The notes beneath the pieces are model-generated. The model saw nothing but the letters and a program-made list of their open reading frames with translations, was not told the origin of the DNA and did not search any database. DNA of 63,283 bases, filler included, from Basidiobolus ranarum (Eukaryota): the NCBI GenBank assembly GCA_040143965.1. It is 48 parts of 48 records of this genome, joined end to end, with 100 filler letters (N's around TTAATTAATTAA, not from the genome) between each part and the next. Parts side by side here need not be neighbours in the genome. Positions count along the whole stretch, not along the records: positions 60,755 to 61,969 come from JASJQH010005965.1; positions 62,070 to 63,283 come from JASJQH010005966.1; 46 more parts are not named here. The stretch is one strand, 5' to 3'. Shown piece by piece: positions 60,755 to 63,283 of the stretch (its first letter is position 1; every line of letters begins with the position of its first letter). The position numbers and the translations under genes are program-made.

Positions 60755-61969
60755 GTATTTAGCTTAGGGAGAAAAGGATCAGAACTTATACAAACTTATG
60801 TATAGTTCTAGAGGTTAATGTGTAAATATAAGTTATTCCAATCAAGAAACTATTCAATTATGGCATAAGAGATTTGGCCATATTGGATTTGATTATTTAG
60901 GCAAAATGATCAAAAATTGCCTAATTTCTGGAGTTCAAATTGACCCCCCAGCCAAAATGGAAATTTGCAAGGGTTGGATAAGTGGAAAGCAAGTCAGTCA
61001 ACCATTCAAGACCTCTAGTTTAGTCAAATTGGTCAAAAAATTGGATCTAATTCATTCAGATTTGTTTAGTATATTTTTATCAACTTTAAAGTTTTATATA
61101 GATTTTTCAAACTGGTGCTAGAAGCCCCACACTTTGCACACATATTCCTGGGACCTTCCTTAGCATATTCTACATGTTAGTTTATTGACATCCTGACAGA
61201 AGCAGGTATGGCAACTTTATGCTCAATAAATCACTAATTTAAAACCACCAACTTCTCTATTTCTCCCAACCACTTCCAATAGGCTCCAAATACTTGAGCA
61301 ATTTTCACTAAATGATTTATTGAGTAGAGAGCTGACATTAATAGTTTTGTCAAGATACAAATAACTCAATGTATAGAATATGCTCAGAAAGGTTGCAGGA
61401 ACATGTGTGCAAAGTTTGGAGCTTCTAGCATAAGCTTGAAAATGTATATATCTTAGAACTTCTCAGTAAATTCCAATATTAAATAATGAGTAGTGTCTTA
61501 GTTCTATACAGCATAACTGAGTACTAAGCTATATATAGCTGTATAGATGTTTAGGCAATACTAATTTCAATAAATAAGACACACTGGTAATATTGATATA
61601 GGAATATTCCTAATTAGAATACAGGGACTACGGATAGATTGCTTTCTGTTTCTGATATCTGCATCATAATTAAAATTAACTAAGATGTTGAAAAGCAATT
61701 AGTTGTCCCAGAAAAAAAACTCCCAAAAAACTTCAACAGTAGGGATGTGTCAAGGAAGCTTGTTAGACTTTTGAAGTGATAGCAAAAGTCTGGAGTATTG
61801 ATATTATTTTCACAAGTCTCAAACTTCCAGATTTTCTGCAATATTCTAGAGGAGTCATCTCAGTGGCATTTATCAGGTTATATTGACAAAAATATCCAAG
61901 ATTATGTTAAAGTATTTGGGAGCCTGTTGGAAGTGGTTTGGAGAATTAGAGGAATTGGTGGTTTTCACT
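60755..61969. mobile_element. Copia-A pre-integrase fragment and several decayed LTR-A/LTR-D pieces
   Basis: LWHKRFGH, LDLIHSDL; LTR-A similarity at ~61090-61298(+), ~61305-61571(-) and 61905-61969(-). Confidence 0.8.
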
Positions 61970-62069
61970 NNNNNNNNNNNNNNNNNNNNNNNNNNNNNNN
62001 NNNNNNNNNNNNNTTAATTAATTAANNNNNNNNNNNNNNNNNNNNNNNNNNNNNNNNNNNNNNNNNNNN

Positions 62070-63166
62070 GCATGATTTTACTCATGGAATCTTCGGGGAT
62101 TTCTATCCTCGGAATTCGATTTTAGGATATTTATTTGAATTTGTATTAGATTGAACTCAAAACTACGGATCAAAATCAATAGAAGAAACTAAGCAATGAG
62201 TGTTTTGGATTATCTGACTAAACATGGAATCATTTGTTAGATTTAGTATTTTCTTGATCATGGAGGGCATGAGTCTAGCCTTGATAATATTGTTATCACA
62301 CTCTATCATCAAAGCAATTTTCCATGAACATTCTTCAGAGGTGATCGTAATGGCGGTATGCGTCATAATAGATAGTATCTAACTTTAACTTTACAAACAA
62401 CTGATCATTTGTTTTTAGATAATAATGACCGCACTAAATAGTTATCTTATATCAGTCAGGCAAAGGAGGGGTGGTAATCAATGATACTACCGCGGAAAGT
62501 ATACTAATGGATAGTATACTAAAAAAAAACCAGTGTCAAGAAATGCTTAAGAACACTATCTGAATCCAAATTTCAGCTCTGTTTAACTCAAGTCCAATCA
62601 CATATGGCGTGAGTGATTTCTAAATGCGACTAATTGAAGTGTGAGAAAAACAAGTTGAATGCTAATAAATGCGACTTTGTTGAACATTGAATAATTTTTT
62701 AAAGGTAAATATCCAAAATTATTCCTATTCGAAAATCTTCCTTCTATGATGCCAAATGGGGAATAGAAACTCCGATCACTTACTTTATCTAAGCTACATT
62801 GGAATTGAAGCTTGCCTAACTGAGAAATCAAACAGATTCTGTAGAAACTTTACTGGCTAGACTGCCTTCGCTGTAGCAACCTTACACAGTATAGACGATC
62901 GACAATAAACGCAGTGTAAAAATCTCGGTTCTGATGATTCTCGTCTCTTCTCTAGAACTAAAATAGTAATAAATATGTATTACCCCAATTCATGCCAGGA
63001 ACTTTTGAAATAATCTATGATAAGATTTATAAGTATTAATCATTGCATAACATTAAGATAATGGAGTTTGCGGGAACATGATTGGATTCTGCTTTCACTA
63101 AAAATCCAGAGTATGTTTGAATTCCAAGGATAGAAATCCCCGAAGATTCCATGAGTAAAATCATGC
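62070..63166. repeat. 48-bp inverted repeat pair (62070-62117 and 63119-63166, 1 mismatch) enclosing ~1 kb
   Basis: GCATGATTTTACTCATGGAATCTTCGGGGATTTCTATCCT(C/T)GGAATTC and its reverse complement. Confidence 0.85.
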
Positions 63167-63283
63167 TTCTCGTCGTTCCTGATCATTTACTATATATTCC
63201 CACTCTTGGTCACCTTTCAAAAAGTACCTGTGTTTACACATTCAATCATCTACTATACAAATATGCCTGCCAACAAAACTATC

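Noticed and set aside
62700-62970. Plus-strand frame whose stops are all TAA/TAG (alternative genetic code?)
   Set aside because: No recognisable protein, and nuclear genes here use TAA as a stop.

Overview
This window is not a contiguous locus. It is 48 short scaffolds (about 1227 down to about 1214 bp, sorted by length) joined by 47 artificial 100-nt linkers (N44-TTAATTAATTAA-N44), so neighbourhoods only mean something inside each ~1.2 kb piece. The DNA is eukaryotic and fungal: short GT-AG introns, a group III HAMP histidine kinase, GH18 chitinases and subtilisins. An early-diverging, Basidiobolus-like fungus is my inference. About three quarters of the pieces are decayed, CpG-depleted, nested transposons: several Ty1/Copia families with half-tRNA-iMet primer sites, Ty3/Gypsy elements, a CMC/CACTA-type DNA transposon with CCCTAAC termini and two divergent genes, and non-LTR (LINE) 3' ends. 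Host gene fragments are SMC3, PRO2, a TIS11-type CCCH protein, tandem chitinases, tandem subtilisins, an ABCB transporter, an MFS transporter, a poly-HAMP kinase, an orphan secreted protein and a cox3 NUMT. The most unusual signal is a set of LINE families that share a 3' AATAAA-(CACC-N4-GGTG hairpin)-CCCCCTAA(CCCTAA)n tail and stack head-to-tail in one orientation, best seen at 48914-50097. That polarity is what retroelements priming on TTAGGG ends would leave.
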